A DNA stretch of 61,998 nt, filler included, from Rhabdomonas costata (GCA_019059605.1; 23 parts of 23 records of this genome joined end to end with filler, not necessarily neighbours in it); one strand, 5' to 3'. Numbered from the whole stretch's first letter, positions 25,096 to 36,953 are shown. A program made the numbers and translations. The notes: generated from the letters alone by a model not told the origin.

Positions 25096-26914
25096 ATGGC
25101 CAATGTGAACCGCTTCGTGAACGTTCTGTCCGAGCCGATCGTCACCCTCGAACAGGGGATGACGTACATCCACGGCGACGGACCGGAGAAACTGCAGCTG
25201 TATGGCCTTGACTGCCTGGTTCTTCACGCTGTGGTGAAAAACACAGAGATGGACGTTGTGCCTCGCGCGTTCGCGCCACCTTCGAAAGTGCGAAAGCTCG
25301 GGCAAGCGTTAACCATCGCCTCGCGCAAGGCAACCTCAAAAATGATTTGGGTGATGGACAGAAAGGGGCACCCAGCTGCCGTTGCACTTTCCGATGAGGT
25401 CTGGGGCCACCTGCAAAAGAAATGCCCCGAGGCATTTCAGGCTGGAACAGGTTCGCGTTTCACTAACTCCCTTCCAACACCACGTTATTCCTTCTTTTTG
25501 TGACTGCCACTCCCAGTCTTTTAAAGCCGACCTCGTTTGCTCGTTCGTGTCCCTCACTGTAAAACACTCAGGAATCGTCATCACGGCACCGGAACAACTC
25601 GTGGGAGAACGCGAAGTTGGACATGGTGGAGATGTTCCCTGGGGATGCACCAATTCCGTTGACCACAGTGGCCCCCACCTTCAACCCCTTCGACTGGTTT
25701 AAGGAGGCGGGTCACAGAGACATCAACACGGACACGTCCAAGGTGCTGACATACGCTCTGTACAACGTGAAGGTGGTGAACTTCAACGCTGCGGAAACGG
25801 AAATCTACGACAGCTGCGGGACGTGCAACGCCTTTTTCAAGTTCACCCCGGGCGAGATAGAGGCGTGTCCATTCTGTGTCAAGTATGCCATCCTGGATTC
25901 ATTTCTCTCTTCACCGATTCCGTTTTTTTTTCGCAACGCTGACACTTTTTCTCAATCATACTTTTTTAGCGAGCGAAAATCCATGCAGTGGTTCTTGAAG
26001 TTCGTCCTGGAGATTGAGCTGCACAACGGCGATTGCCAAGAATTCGTCTTCAGGGGACGAAACGCGCTGCGTTACGTGTACGGACCCTGGGAAGCTTTCG
26101 GAGTCCCTCGACCTTCCCTCACAGAAGCAGTGTCTAAAATTTCGGGCAGATTCATCAACTCCCACCTGGACATCATTGGCTGGGGCAGAGTTCAGGCCAT
26201 CCAGGGCCTGCACATGACCAACGACCCGGCCTTCAACGTGGTTATTTTCCGTCCCGCAGGGCACCCACATTGGCCTGTTCGTGTCCCTCAACCTATTCCC
26301 GCTGACCTCGGACCCAGGACTCTCTCCGAGCATATCGGAGAAACCTGCGCTCTCCCCCAGCGGGCACCCCCCACCACAGCACCCGTACCTGCTGGAGGTG
26401 AACCTGCTGGTGCTGCGCCTGCCGGAGCTGCGCTAGCTGGGTCTGCTGGAACCGCTTCAGGTTCAATGGGACACCAGCAGAACCCCAAGAACCCCATGCC
26501 GCAATGTCTACCAAATGAAAACCTGAACTGCTCCATGAACGCGATCTTCCACTGCATCGTTCGGTGCAAGGCGCTGCTCCCCTGCTTCACCAAGCACACG
26601 AAGTCCAAGCAGAAGATTCAGGCCCACCTGGCCACGGTGATCAAGAGCATTGCTGACGGTCAACTGCCATCTGCCGAAGAGCTCTCGCTGACCTTCAACA
26701 ACGACATCAAACCACTGCTGGTACTTTGCACTTCACTTTCCTATGCGTTCCGCCTTTCTCCCTTTCCACAACTTTAACAAACATCGACTAATATCCTTTT
26801 CTTACACAGTCAGAGACACCACCGACCGGACCCAGGATGCCCGACTTGTCTGGATGGCGCTGGCATCGCTATTTCAGCCGACAGTCTGCCACTTCCAGAT
26901 CTCCACCACCACCC
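25096..26914 (+). pseudogene. RPA70-like OB-fold + C4 Zn ribbon + USP (peptidase C19)-like fusion gene with apparent frameshifts; truncated by contig end
   Basis: OB-like DCLVLHAVV...KMIWVMDRKGHPAAVAL...FQAGTVFKADL; Zn ribbon YDSCGTC-x13-CPFC; DBD-C-like WFLKFVLEIEL; USP Cys box LPNENLNCSMNAIFHCI; QD box TQDARLVW. The in-frame 87-nt intron at 25883-25969 is clean; the other joins are off by 1 nt. Confidence 0.55.
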
Positions 26915-27014
26915 NNNNNNNNNNNNNNNNNNNNNNNNNNNNNNNNNNNNNNNNNNNNTTAATTAATTAANNNNNNNNNNNNNNNNNNNNNNNNNNNNNN
27001 NNNNNNNNNNNNNN

Positions 27015-27734
27015 GTTGTGGTTGGGTAGGCTGGGCTAATGGCAGGACCGAGAGGACGCCAGACATCACGTCGGGGGAGGAATAGTCCACGCTGAGAAGG
27101 TCGGAGTAAGTCGGGGTCATGAAAAGTACAATCCTCCGCTGCGCCTGCAGCACTGCCCATTGGGCACTGGCCTGAAGAAGCAGAGGGCAAAGCGGCAGTG
27201 TCCGCAAGACGAGAAAGCTGAAATTTCGCCACTGTTGCCTCCCAAAAAAAAATTCTAAGGAAGAAGATCAGACCGCAAATGCTTCGTAAGGACATATTAA
27301 TATCAGTCCCACGTCAAAACTAGCGCATGCGGAACACAAAGACTGCACTTCTCACAGCTTTCTCTCCAGGGATGCTACCGCTCATCGGGGTATCATCAGG
27401 TTAGGACACGGGGAGACGCACTGCATTGTGTTCCCTGCGAACGAGGCACCTGCGTGTCTTTCTCTTCCAGTTTAGAGCAGCGACTCATCATGCACCCAAT
27501 GGCACATACACGCGCACAGAAATAGCACAGGTTCTTGCGTAATGCTGCGGCATCCACCTGGGACTTCAGCCGAAGCTCCTGCTCGTCCAGCCTCTGCAGC
27601 ATCTTGCGGTCGGTCATCTGCCGGCGTTGCAAGCCTCTTGAGGCACCTGGCCGGGCGCAGCTGCGCAGCTTCTGGTATACCCGCGAGGACTGCTTTTCGT
27701 TGCGGTACCACAAACCCAGCGCACCAACCCCCAC
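27015..27734 (-). CDS. Internal exons of an unknown protein (27734-27558, ~27171-27015)
   Basis: cag|VGVGALGLWYRNEKQSSRVYQKLR...RLDEQELRLKSQ|gtgg and cag|ASAQWAVLQAQRRIVLFMTPTYSDLLSVDYSSPD. Confidence 0.5.
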
Positions 27735-28018
27735 CTGCGGGCACGAGAAAAGTCTGGAAAAAAACCCTGAAGAAACACGTGCTCATAGGGCGCTTGCTGT
27801 TGCCTGACTGTCTGTTAGCGGCCGCTATCGATTGACACACGCACCATTGGCTGCGCGCGTTCGCGACAGAACATTCGGAGCGCAGGGTGCCGTGTGGGTG
27901 TTTGTCGCGCAGAGGTCCGCTGTATGTGTGTGGTGGAATGTAGGTTTCGGTGGGTTAGGTGGGGTTAGGAGGCGATACCCGGTTACGAGGCGAAGCACGC
28001 ACGGGGGGGGGATCTCAG

Positions 28019-29050
28019 GTGGTCAAGGTCCAGAAGTTTGTGCCTGTGTACCGCACTGGAGCGCCTGGTGGAGGTCCCGGTGGAGCAGATTGTTGAGCGC
28101 CGCGTGGAGGTTCCCGTGGAGCGGACGGTGGAGCGCACTGTGGAGGTGCCTGTGGAACAGATCGTGGAGAAGACTGTGGAGGTGCCCGTGGAGCGAGTGG
28201 TGGACCGGATTGTGGAGGTGCCCCGGGACATCATCTGCGAGAAGGTGTGCATTAGTGCGGTAACGCATTTTTTTGCTTTGTTTTCTCATTTTTTTTATAA
28301 TTGTGTTGCGGTTGCATTGTTCAGTGGAAACGTTATCCCAAGTTGCTTGAACACCCCCATATTATCCCATCGGCTGAAAGTGTGTGTGTGTGTGATCCTT
28401 GCCAAGTGCACCAAGTGTGTGTGTAAACCAGCCTCGATCACGAAATGTCAGGGTGCCGTCCAAACTGTTGCCTGTGCCTATGCGGGAGTCCTTTTCCGTC
28501 GAAGTTTCCGTCGAAAGAAAGTGGATTTGTCGCTGCGGTCCGATTGACGGGGGGGGGGGAGTGATAAGGGTTCCTATTATATTTCAACTTGCAAATGCTT
28601 AAGCACCCTCGAAATGACTTCATATTAGTCTAAGGGGGTCAGCTGACCTGTGCCAGTGTTTCCTAGATGAGCATTCTTGGTTTGCTCGTCAAACCCGGTC
28701 CTGGCTAAGAACCTAACCTGTGGCTGGCACATGTGGTGACGAACGCAGATGTGGTGACGAACGCAGCATTAATTTTGGGGCCAGTCCGTGTCCCGTCCGG
28801 AGCTAGGGGCTGGGGGCGTGACCTGGATGCCTTTGCCCATTTTTATTATGTCCGAAGGGAAAAATTGTTACCACTGGTAACCACGGTTACCCAAGATAAC
28901 CGTTACCCCCTCCCCCAACGTCAGCAGCCTCGGCGCTGTGGCTTTTGTTTCCATTACCGTGGCATATGTGCCTCAATGGTGTGCCGTGGTCAGATTGTGG
29001 AGGTGGAGGTTGACGAGGAGATCGTTGAGGTTCCGGTCTACGAAGAAGAG
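28019..29050 (+). CDS. Articulin/epiplasmin-type cortical cytoskeleton protein (exons 28019-28244, 28994-29050)
   Basis: Tandem VEVPVE(Q/R)(I/T/V)VE(R/K) repeats. The phase-0 GT-AG join gives ...PRDIICEK/IVEVEVDEEIVEVPVYEEE. VPV-repeat proteins are the pellicle articulins of euglenids and the related alveolins/epiplasmins. Confidence 0.85.
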
Positions 29051-30392
29051 GTGGGGATGTCGCCGACCGTCCGCCGCATCACTCTAGCGGTGCGCCACGC
29101 ACATACAAACATCTTCAGACACACCACACAAGCCAGGTGTCTCTAGAAAGCCAGGTGTTTTTAGATAGGCCAGAGCCAGGGGACGTTATTACGCTGGTGA
29201 GCCCACATTCCCATTTTAATCACTGGGTTATTCAAACAAAAGAGCACAGATGCCTCAAATGCGCGTGTCACTTGTCTGGTGGTCGAGGAAGTTCACACGT
29301 AGAGTTGCACCCCGAGGGTGGGGAACCGTGCACCTTGGCATGAAACTTTCCTCTACTTTGTATGAGCTGAGCACGAACCAAACCTCCTAACTTCGTGCCG
29401 AACGGGCTCCATCAAAACAATTACTAGCCTAGGGACACCCAGTGCTAACCGCCTGAACGGACTGTAAGCGCACGCAGTAGTATTCACATGATAAAAGCAG
29501 CGAACTCCACAGTCTCTTTTTATCTCTCTCTCACCTGAAAGGAAGACAACATCACTGAGGGGCATATTGACAACCCATGGGAGCCTACCTCGCACCAGGA
29601 AAACGAGATTATNNNNNNNNNNNNNNNNNNNNNNNNNNNNNNNNNNNNNNNNNNNNTTAATTAATTAANNNNNNNNNNNNNNNNNNNNNNNNNNNNNNNN
29701 NNNNNNNNNNNNGTGTTGTGGTGTGCTGATATGATGCCTCATCGCGACGCACATCGATGCGGCTTGAAACATGTACACACATTTACTAACTTGTGCTGCC
29801 CCGGTCTGGCCGACCTGAAAGTGACTCGGAGAGTCATCAGCAAAGCAGTGCCCAAAAGGTTATGCCAAAACTAAAAACCAGTAAACACTCTGCAATCCAT
29901 TGTTTAGCGCTGCCACTGGCAGCTGTGTCCAGCAGCGTCACAGTATTAGAGCCTCGGGATGTCTTATGGTCGTAACTGTTTGATTTAAAGTAAGTTAGAC
30001 CCGGAAACTCAGAAAATGGCGTGCGTATGTGTGTGTGTGTGTGACAGTTTTCCATTCGAAGTCTTCTTGCCCTTGTCGTTGTCTGGGCACATATATTATG
30101 CAATGAACCCGGAAGGTCTTCTGGGATGGGCAACCTAAAAAATCGGATAGATATGGAGCACACCAAGTAACTCGCGCTGTTTTTTTTCGGGTGATTTCCG
30201 TATTTGTGTTGGCTTTTGTAGTGAATAATGGATTCTGTGGAAGGCGGCTTGATAAAAGGGGTAAGTAAAGTTACAAGTTTGAGCCTAGCCATGTATTGGT
30301 GGTGCAGTTCTGAGTTTATAGCATAACGTATTTTAGTTCAGTTCCACTCACCCCGGGCCTCCCCGCCACTGTCAGCACAAACACACACATAC

Positions 30393-31890
30393 CCGTGAAC
30401 GTAGCGCATTAGCAGCAGCATCGTCCCAGCGTTGCCGCGCGATGGCAGCGACGTCTGACCCCCCGACCCCGCGCTGATCAGCAGCTGGTGGCACACCATC
30501 TCCACCAAAAGGCTGGCCAGCACGACCCCCGGCGGCGGTGCAGCCTTGTCTTCGGACTTCGAGGGGTCGGCCACAGGGGTGGGGGCGAGGACCTTAGGCC
30601 ATCCGATCCCGGGGCAAGCCGGAAGGGGCTCTTGGGGCACCCCCAAGGAGTGCCACGGCAGATCGCCCCTCTGCTCTGCCCAGGAGGAGCGAGCGGGCAG
30701 AGCGCTCTCCAGCACACCCAGGGAGAACTCCAGGAGGGCGTTGTAAATGTGTACGTTGTAGCCTTCCTCGGGCGGTAGCTCTGCAAAAACCTGCGGGGAT
30801 GGAGGGAGAGGGGGTGAAAAGCGCAACAGTAGATTGTGTCAGGCGGGATTCGAAAGCGGCGCAAACACCAACACAAGGTCGCGCTGAGATGCGGGGAATT
30901 CTTCACCTCATCATCCCCACCACATAAACATATGAACATTAGGATATTCATCTCTTCACCAACAAAAGATCCGCTAAAAGCTGTCGTTCCCTCTCTGTTG
31001 TTTGAATAACCGTTGGGTTGGACATTTGGGTGGAGCGATGAAGTGATGAAGTGGCAGAATGGCGGATCAGACCATTCACCCGTTACTGTTTGCAGCTTGT
31101 GTTGCGGTTTATTGGACTTTTCGCTTCTCACAAAAACGCGGGGTGACGCAACAGAAGTGGGTGCCTGCGAAAGGGGGGGGGCAATAAGAATCACTGGTCC
31201 CTCAGCTGTGGGACTAATAATCACAGTGGAGAAAGGTACCACGACGAGCGGTTAGAGGGCTTTGCACGCAGAGGAGACAAAAAGAGAGCTTTCCAAAGAC
31301 GACACATTACGCCAGGTTTTGCTTCTCGGAGGAAAGTGTGACAAGAAGCAGGCTACGGCCCCTAAAGGAGGGAAGGTGCGGAGTCCAGCAGCCCGCTTCC
31401 CATCATATGTGCGCGCAATACTTTCATCAGGAATTATACGTCATAAAAATAAGTGCTGCGCTCCTCCACCCCACCACCACCACCTTCCGAAGCATCTGTC
31501 AACCCGAATGTGCCGGCGAAAAGCTGTGCAAAGATACGGCTCCCGAAGTGTGCGCGCGTGTGGTTCAACCTGAATGAGACCCGTTGCGAAGGTCCTGTGA
31601 CTCGCCCGCCCGGCGTGAGTATTGCAGTGTTCCCAGAATCGTGTCAGCGCCCCGGCAAACGCCCCCGCCTCGCCCTGCAGCGCCAGCCGGTGCAGAACCC
31701 CAAGCGGAGAATCCGCGGGGAAAGGGGAGGACACGTTCCCCCCCTTCCCCTCAGCATCTGAGGCGGTAGGGTGCAAAATCAACGCATCACAGGAGCCGCT
31801 GATGGTGCTTTGCCGCCGCAGGGAGCCAGGAGGCCTGCCAGGACCGCGAGGGAGATGTCTGAAGAGAGGCTGGGAGACAGCAACACCATC
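30393..31890 (-). CDS. Internal exons of a large unknown protein (~31890-31635, 30790-30393)
   Basis: cag|VFAELPPEEGYNVHIYNALLEFSLGVLESAL...VLASLLVEMVCHQLL...LLLMRYVHG|gtatg. The upstream segment is GC-rich and stop-free. Confidence 0.55.
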
Positions 31891-33449
31891 AGCAGGGCTT
31901 CGAAAGCCTCTTCGGTAACCGCAGAATCGCGGAGTGCGCCACAACAGGCGCTTCATGAAAAGTTGGTCAGCGAAGTGGTTACCAGAGGGGTTTGTGAAGG
32001 TGCAGGCACACTGTCCCTCGTGGGGATGCTGCCATTGTCAGGAGGCGTACGGACAGTGTCACGTGTCGAAACCAGCGACGAAGAAAGGACAGAGGGCCAA
32101 AAGTGCCAGCAGAGCACTCTTCAGATCAGCACTAGAAGGGGTCAAACAAACAACCGACGATCGAGAACGATCAGAACGCAGAACATGTGCGCAGATAAGA
32201 CCCCACCACCGGAGGTAGTTACCTCTGGCAGGTCGTGCTGCCCCTTCCCGGTCCCATGTCTGCATTCACAAAGACAAAGACAACGAAAGGTTGTTACTTA
32301 CTCACACCACAANNNNNNNNNNNNNNNNNNNNNNNNNNNNNNNNNNNNNNNNNNNNTTAATTAATTAANNNNNNNNNNNNNNNNNNNNNNNNNNNNNNNN
32401 NNNNNNNNNNNNGGTGGGGGGGGTCCGTACCAAAAGGGACTCTCGCTCGTTCTCCTTCTCTTCTTTAGAAGAGCCTTGATTGCTACGGTAACCGCTGTTG
32501 TCTTCCTATTTTAGCTCCCGGATGCGAGGACAACTGTTTTTTTGGGTTGTCTCGTTTGTGCTCGTAGCGACCATTCTGGAATTGCCTGCTGTGCTGGTGG
32601 CACTCATATGAAAGTCTGCACCACAGTGAACGGTGGAAATCCCAAGTGCACCACATGCGCACCAATAGACACGGGTAGTGTGCGGGTGTTTTGATTTTTT
32701 CGGCTTCCTTTCAAAACTCATCATGTATTTTTGTTTATCACTATTGAATGCTCTTGCTCAATTTTGGGAACGGTGCGTGCCTTTTTTCTCGAGCCCTTTT
32801 GTGACGCGAGAAAAGGCAGGGTTTACCATGGTTGTGATTTGTCATGAACGGAAAAATCCGGCCAAGAAAAATTGCTGTTAATCCTCGCATTCAGTGAAGA
32901 AGCGAGATGATGATGCGGTGCGCGTTTTCATAAACCTGAGAATGTAGAACAAATTTTCGGCTTTTTAGTGGTTTCGTTGTACCTTTTTCCGCTGATGGTG
33001 TTCGATCTTTTTTGTGCTGCTTACCGCCACCATGAAACCATGAAACGTGAATTTGTACCTTCCCCCAGATATTAAGCGAACAACAAAACAATTGCGCAGA
33101 AATATGGCGCGTGTCTCCTCTTAAGTTGGAGGCGACAATAGAAGATCAAAAATTAGCTTAAAGATTAAGCGCGACCGATATGCACTGGAACCCAATGTCT
33201 TCACCACCCATTTTGCCTTCCAAGTCCAAAAATGCCTGATTTAGTGTGCACTTGTGCAAGTTGATACTCTGAGGTGACCCACCTCTATGCGCTGAAGCGA
33301 AGGAAAGCAACAATACGAATTAGCCATGTTCTTGATTTTCTCCCAGTTGTGCCCCACCACGAGCACAATAAAGTGCACCCACGCTTAACTAAACCGGACC
33401 CGCACCAGGTAGTGCATGACCTGTATGCGCGGGCCGGCGCTCGGTGGAG

Positions 33450-33611
33450 AGAACGCTGCGGCGAAAGTGCTGCCGGATGGATGTCAATGTGCTGGGGTGG
33501 AACAGGGCTGCCAGGGAGTTCTATGAGTCCCTGGGGTTTGTCGCACTGGCGGACTGGGTGCCCCACCGCATCAACGGGGAGGCGATGCGGGCGCTGTGCT
33601 CTGCGGGGTGA
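33450..33611 (+). CDS. Terminal exon of a GNAT acetyltransferase, diamine/spermidine N-acetyltransferase (SSAT)-like
   Basis: A frame missing from the ORF track reads RTLRRKCCRMDVNVLGWNRAAREFYESLGFVALADWVPHRINGEAMRALCSAG-stop, matching the SSAT C-terminal C.RM...VL.WN..A..FY..LG.....W...R..G pattern. Confidence 0.8.
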   Translation, partial: RTLRRKCCRMDVNVLGWNRAAREFYESLGFVALADWVPHRINGEAMRALCSAG

Positions 33612-33613
33612 GC

Positions 33614-34020
33614 GTTCGGGTAGGGGTTGTACCTTATGGAGGTTTTGCTTGAAGGTGTGAGCCCTGAGTGCGAGCATTGTTGTGTGGTCTGGCCCCCATC
33701 GCATACATTCCACAGAATGGGCGCCGCTCAGGGAATTTTTGGTCTCATTTTGCGGAATGGATCGCTTCGTGCATCTGTACTTGGGCAACCTGGGAACACA
33801 TTTTTCTCCCCATGTTCGGGTAGGGGTTGTACCTTATGGAGGTTGGGTTTGCTTAAAGGGGTGAGCCCTGAGTGCGACCATTTGTGTGGGGACTGGTACT
33901 CCCTGCACGCACCCGTTTTTTTACTGACCAGCGGCTGCTCAGGGAATTTTCGATGTCTTAATTTGCGCAGTAGATGGGTTCCTGAAGAGTGCGCGACCTG
34001 GGGCTCGTCTTTTTTCCCCA
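33614..34020 (+). repeat. Two-copy ~200-bp diverged tandem repeat
   Basis: gttcgggtaggggttgtaccttatggagg...gtgagccctgagtgcga...gctcagggaatttt occurs at both 33614 and 33814. Confidence 0.85.
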
Positions 34021-34235
34021 CTCTGAGGTAACCTAACGCATTTGGGGCTTGTGATGTTTTCTTATATATTTATCTGAATGGGATGGCGCTATTCCTGCCT
34101 CACTCACGGACAGTGCAATGAATGCGAGCTTCGTCATCCAAAGCGCACCTATGTGTTCATGACCGCTTCCGTTTGAAAATTGTTTGTCGACTTCCTTTCT
34201 CCCCAGCGTTCCAGATATTGCTTGCTTCTTGTACA

Positions 34236-35009
34236 ATGGAGGTCCGCTTTGTCCACGACCCTTACTCCGTTGTAGGTCGTCGCCCGCTTTCCTTGCGAGG
34301 ATCGGCCTTTCCGTTTTCTGCGCGGTTTTGTTTTTGCATCGTTCTTGCCATCATTCCAGTTTCCCCATGTTCTTTGGTTTTCTCTTTGCTTTTGGTTCTA
34401 TTTTGATTGTTTGCTGACGTTTTTCTTTAGTTGCCTTAGTCTCCAAAAGTTTGAAGCCAGCTCCCACGCTCCCAATTCAGTGCATTTTTATGCTGAAACT
34501 TTTTTAAAATGCGTGGTCGGCAGCAGCTCACCACAACGATGTCGCCGTTTCGAATTCCTCAACTTTGACGAATTCCTCATCATTGTCGTCATCACGCAGT
34601 TGCTGGCTTTTCTTCTAGTGGCGTTTTGTTACACCCCTCCCCTCCCGACTGCCTTCCTTCAGGTTACTCCTTCGTGCTCTGCGTAACCGAACCTGTGGGG
34701 TATGCTAGCGCCTCTGTTTTTAGTGGATGCCGGAATTCAGTGACTACCACGTTGTGATATGTTTAGGGTTCCACGGATTCAATCAAGAGCAGCCGCTGAC
34801 CGATCATTATGGCTCCTTCTGCGCGAGCTGTATTGTGATGTCATGCCCCGCATATCCACATGCGCCGAGGCCGTTGCCGCAGAGCTTTCCTTCCTTGCCT
34901 TTTCTCACCTCTTCATGCCTCTCTCCTTTTCACCTATGCAGCAACAACGCGCGGCAGATCGCTGCGGCTCCCACGGATGTGGGGAGCTTCTTGGCAACCA
35001 CACCCCCCC
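34236..35009 (+). CDS. 5' part of a gene starting MEVRFVHDPYS, several small candidate exons
   Basis: ATG at 34236 follows a pyrimidine tract + CAG (34190-34206). Donor at 34276. Downstream exon structure is uncertain. Confidence 0.4.
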
Positions 35010-35109
35010 NNNNNNNNNNNNNNNNNNNNNNNNNNNNNNNNNNNNNNNNNNNNTTAATTAATTAANNNNNNNNNNNNNNNNNNNNNNNNNNNNNNNNNNN
35101 NNNNNNNNN

Positions 35110-35438
35110 GCATACATATTTTGTGTGGGCCTAAGGTAGACCCGTGGGTACTGTTGTGGGTAGGGCTCAGAGATGTTGATCAGGAGGGGTAAGTTGTACG
35201 TGGAGGACTTGTACATCACAGGCAAAGTCCCTTCGATGGAGTACGCCGCTGTGTGGGCCTCCACTGTGCCGGGCTTCAGTTTGATTCCCGGGATGGGCCT
35301 GGGTGCGAGCTGCAGGGTGGGGACGATGGCCTGCAGCTCTGCCAGGTGGGCCCGAAGGGGCTCTGGCAACCCCTCTGCGGCATTGGGGTGCTCAACCTGG
35401 GAGAGGAGCGCCGGTTGGGAGTATGCCCGGGAGATCAT
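35110..35438 (-). CDS. TSG101: UEV-domain protein, TSG101/Vps23 (ESCRT-I)-like, N-terminal part
   Basis: IEGTLPVMYKSSTYNLPLLINISEPYPQQYPRVYLRPTQNM matches the UEV consensus GTIPV.Y.G..YNIP..+W+...YP..PP..+V.PT..M. It could be a UEV paralogue. Confidence 0.75.
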
Positions 35439-36236
35439 CCGGGCAGGGCACTTGAAAGGGCCAAAGGAAAAACAAAGGCAGGCGCACACAACCAAACAAA
35501 GACGCAAAAATTGGGAGGCGTAGCGGGAAAGGAAGGGAACAGGACGGGGAAAGGAAAGGAAGATGGCACACAAACTAAACTACAAGCGGCAAAGACAAGT
35601 GAGATCACAGATCACAGCAGAGCAACAAAAGCAGACACTTTACAAAGGGCTGTGGGTGAAGACGCCAAGACGAGAGATGGAAAAGAACTGGTTCGGCTGT
35701 CCTACCAGTAAACAGCGTCAAGCAAACCCACCCCAATTCAGTCCAATATTATGTGCACTCGCATTGAAGGGGTCGAGTTACGGGTCGCGGCATTCCTGTT
35801 TGGCTCGCTAGGCGGGTTGTGGATCAGGAGGTTCCCCTTCGGAAATACCCCAACCTTGCTCAAACAGAACTTCTGTAAGGTGCAATGATTTGTGCACGTG
35901 CCGCGCCTTGGGTTGAGCATTTGAACAACCCACCTGCCAACCCATAAAATGCCTCCCCTCTAATGCTCTCGAATCCTCCGCCTCCGGAGGTCCACAAGTC
36001 CTTTGGTGTCCTTTGGCGTTTCTGTGTGGGGCGATATCTATCGATGTTTACACAAAACACTCCCCCGGAACTCCAAAAGGGCGCGAACACTGAGGACCCT
36101 GCCAGCACATTGGCACAGCGCCCGGTCACAAGAGTACCACGCGCATTAAAAAGCAACACGGCCACACGGCACGGGGAGGAAGAGTCATGTTACAAGGAGG
36201 AGTGACACGGCTAGCAGGTGGACACCGAGCGTGCAG

Positions 36237-36953
36237 GCTCCGAGAACGGTTCAGACCGCACGGTTCCCGGAGCTGAGCTGCCAGGACTACAGGGAGAGGT
36301 CAACCCAGGAGGCCCTTCAGGATGAGCTGCGCGGCGCGCGAGAAAGAAGCCTCTCGGCAAAAGCCCAGCCCAGATACAGAAAATGATTTCAGCAGTTGGT
36401 TTTCATCTTGACGTTTTTGACGGAGTGTCTCCTTTCACCCTCTTCATCCAGGCCCTGTGTATTTATTGTTTGTTTTCAATAAAACTCTCGTTATATTTTC
36501 AGTGGGGTTGTTCTTTCAGTTATTGCATCTCGCATATGCTTGTTTTGAATTGGTGCTGCTTTGTACCCCGACATCTTGAAATTGCTTCAGTAGTTGATTT
36601 AGCTGACTTGCGGAAATCAGGCTCGTCGCGTCACAGAGGGTAGTTAAGCGTTGTGGGTGCCATGTTGCGCGTGGAGGAGAAAACACACCAAAACAAAAAA
36701 AGAAACGCAAAGGAAGGACGTTGAGGCCGCAGCACAATGACCTGCTTGTAGGTCCTTTAGAAAAGAGGCGTACGTCAAGCTGATAGGTGGCCCAGGATGC
36801 GGCTGCGCCGCTGCTGCTGCTGCGACGGCGGCTGCCCAGAGCAGCCAGGACCGGTGCACGGGCTGCTACGCTGCAGAGACTGTGTCGGCAACGGGACCTG
36901 TGCAGACGAACCTGTTTCACGAGGATCCCCACCCCAACCCCGTCTATATCGAG
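36237..36953 (+). CDS. Candidate exons of an unknown protein (~36237-36356, 36787-36953)
   Basis: AG/GT(GC)-bounded coding-like segments ending ...VQTNLFHEDPHPNPVYIE|gtgagg. Confidence 0.35.

Noticed and set aside
33421..33450. Euglenid non-conventional intron 3' end (CTGtatgc|G) before the GNAT exon
   Set aside because: A conventional AG at 33448-33449 explains the homologous region equally well, and no partner 5' end was identified.
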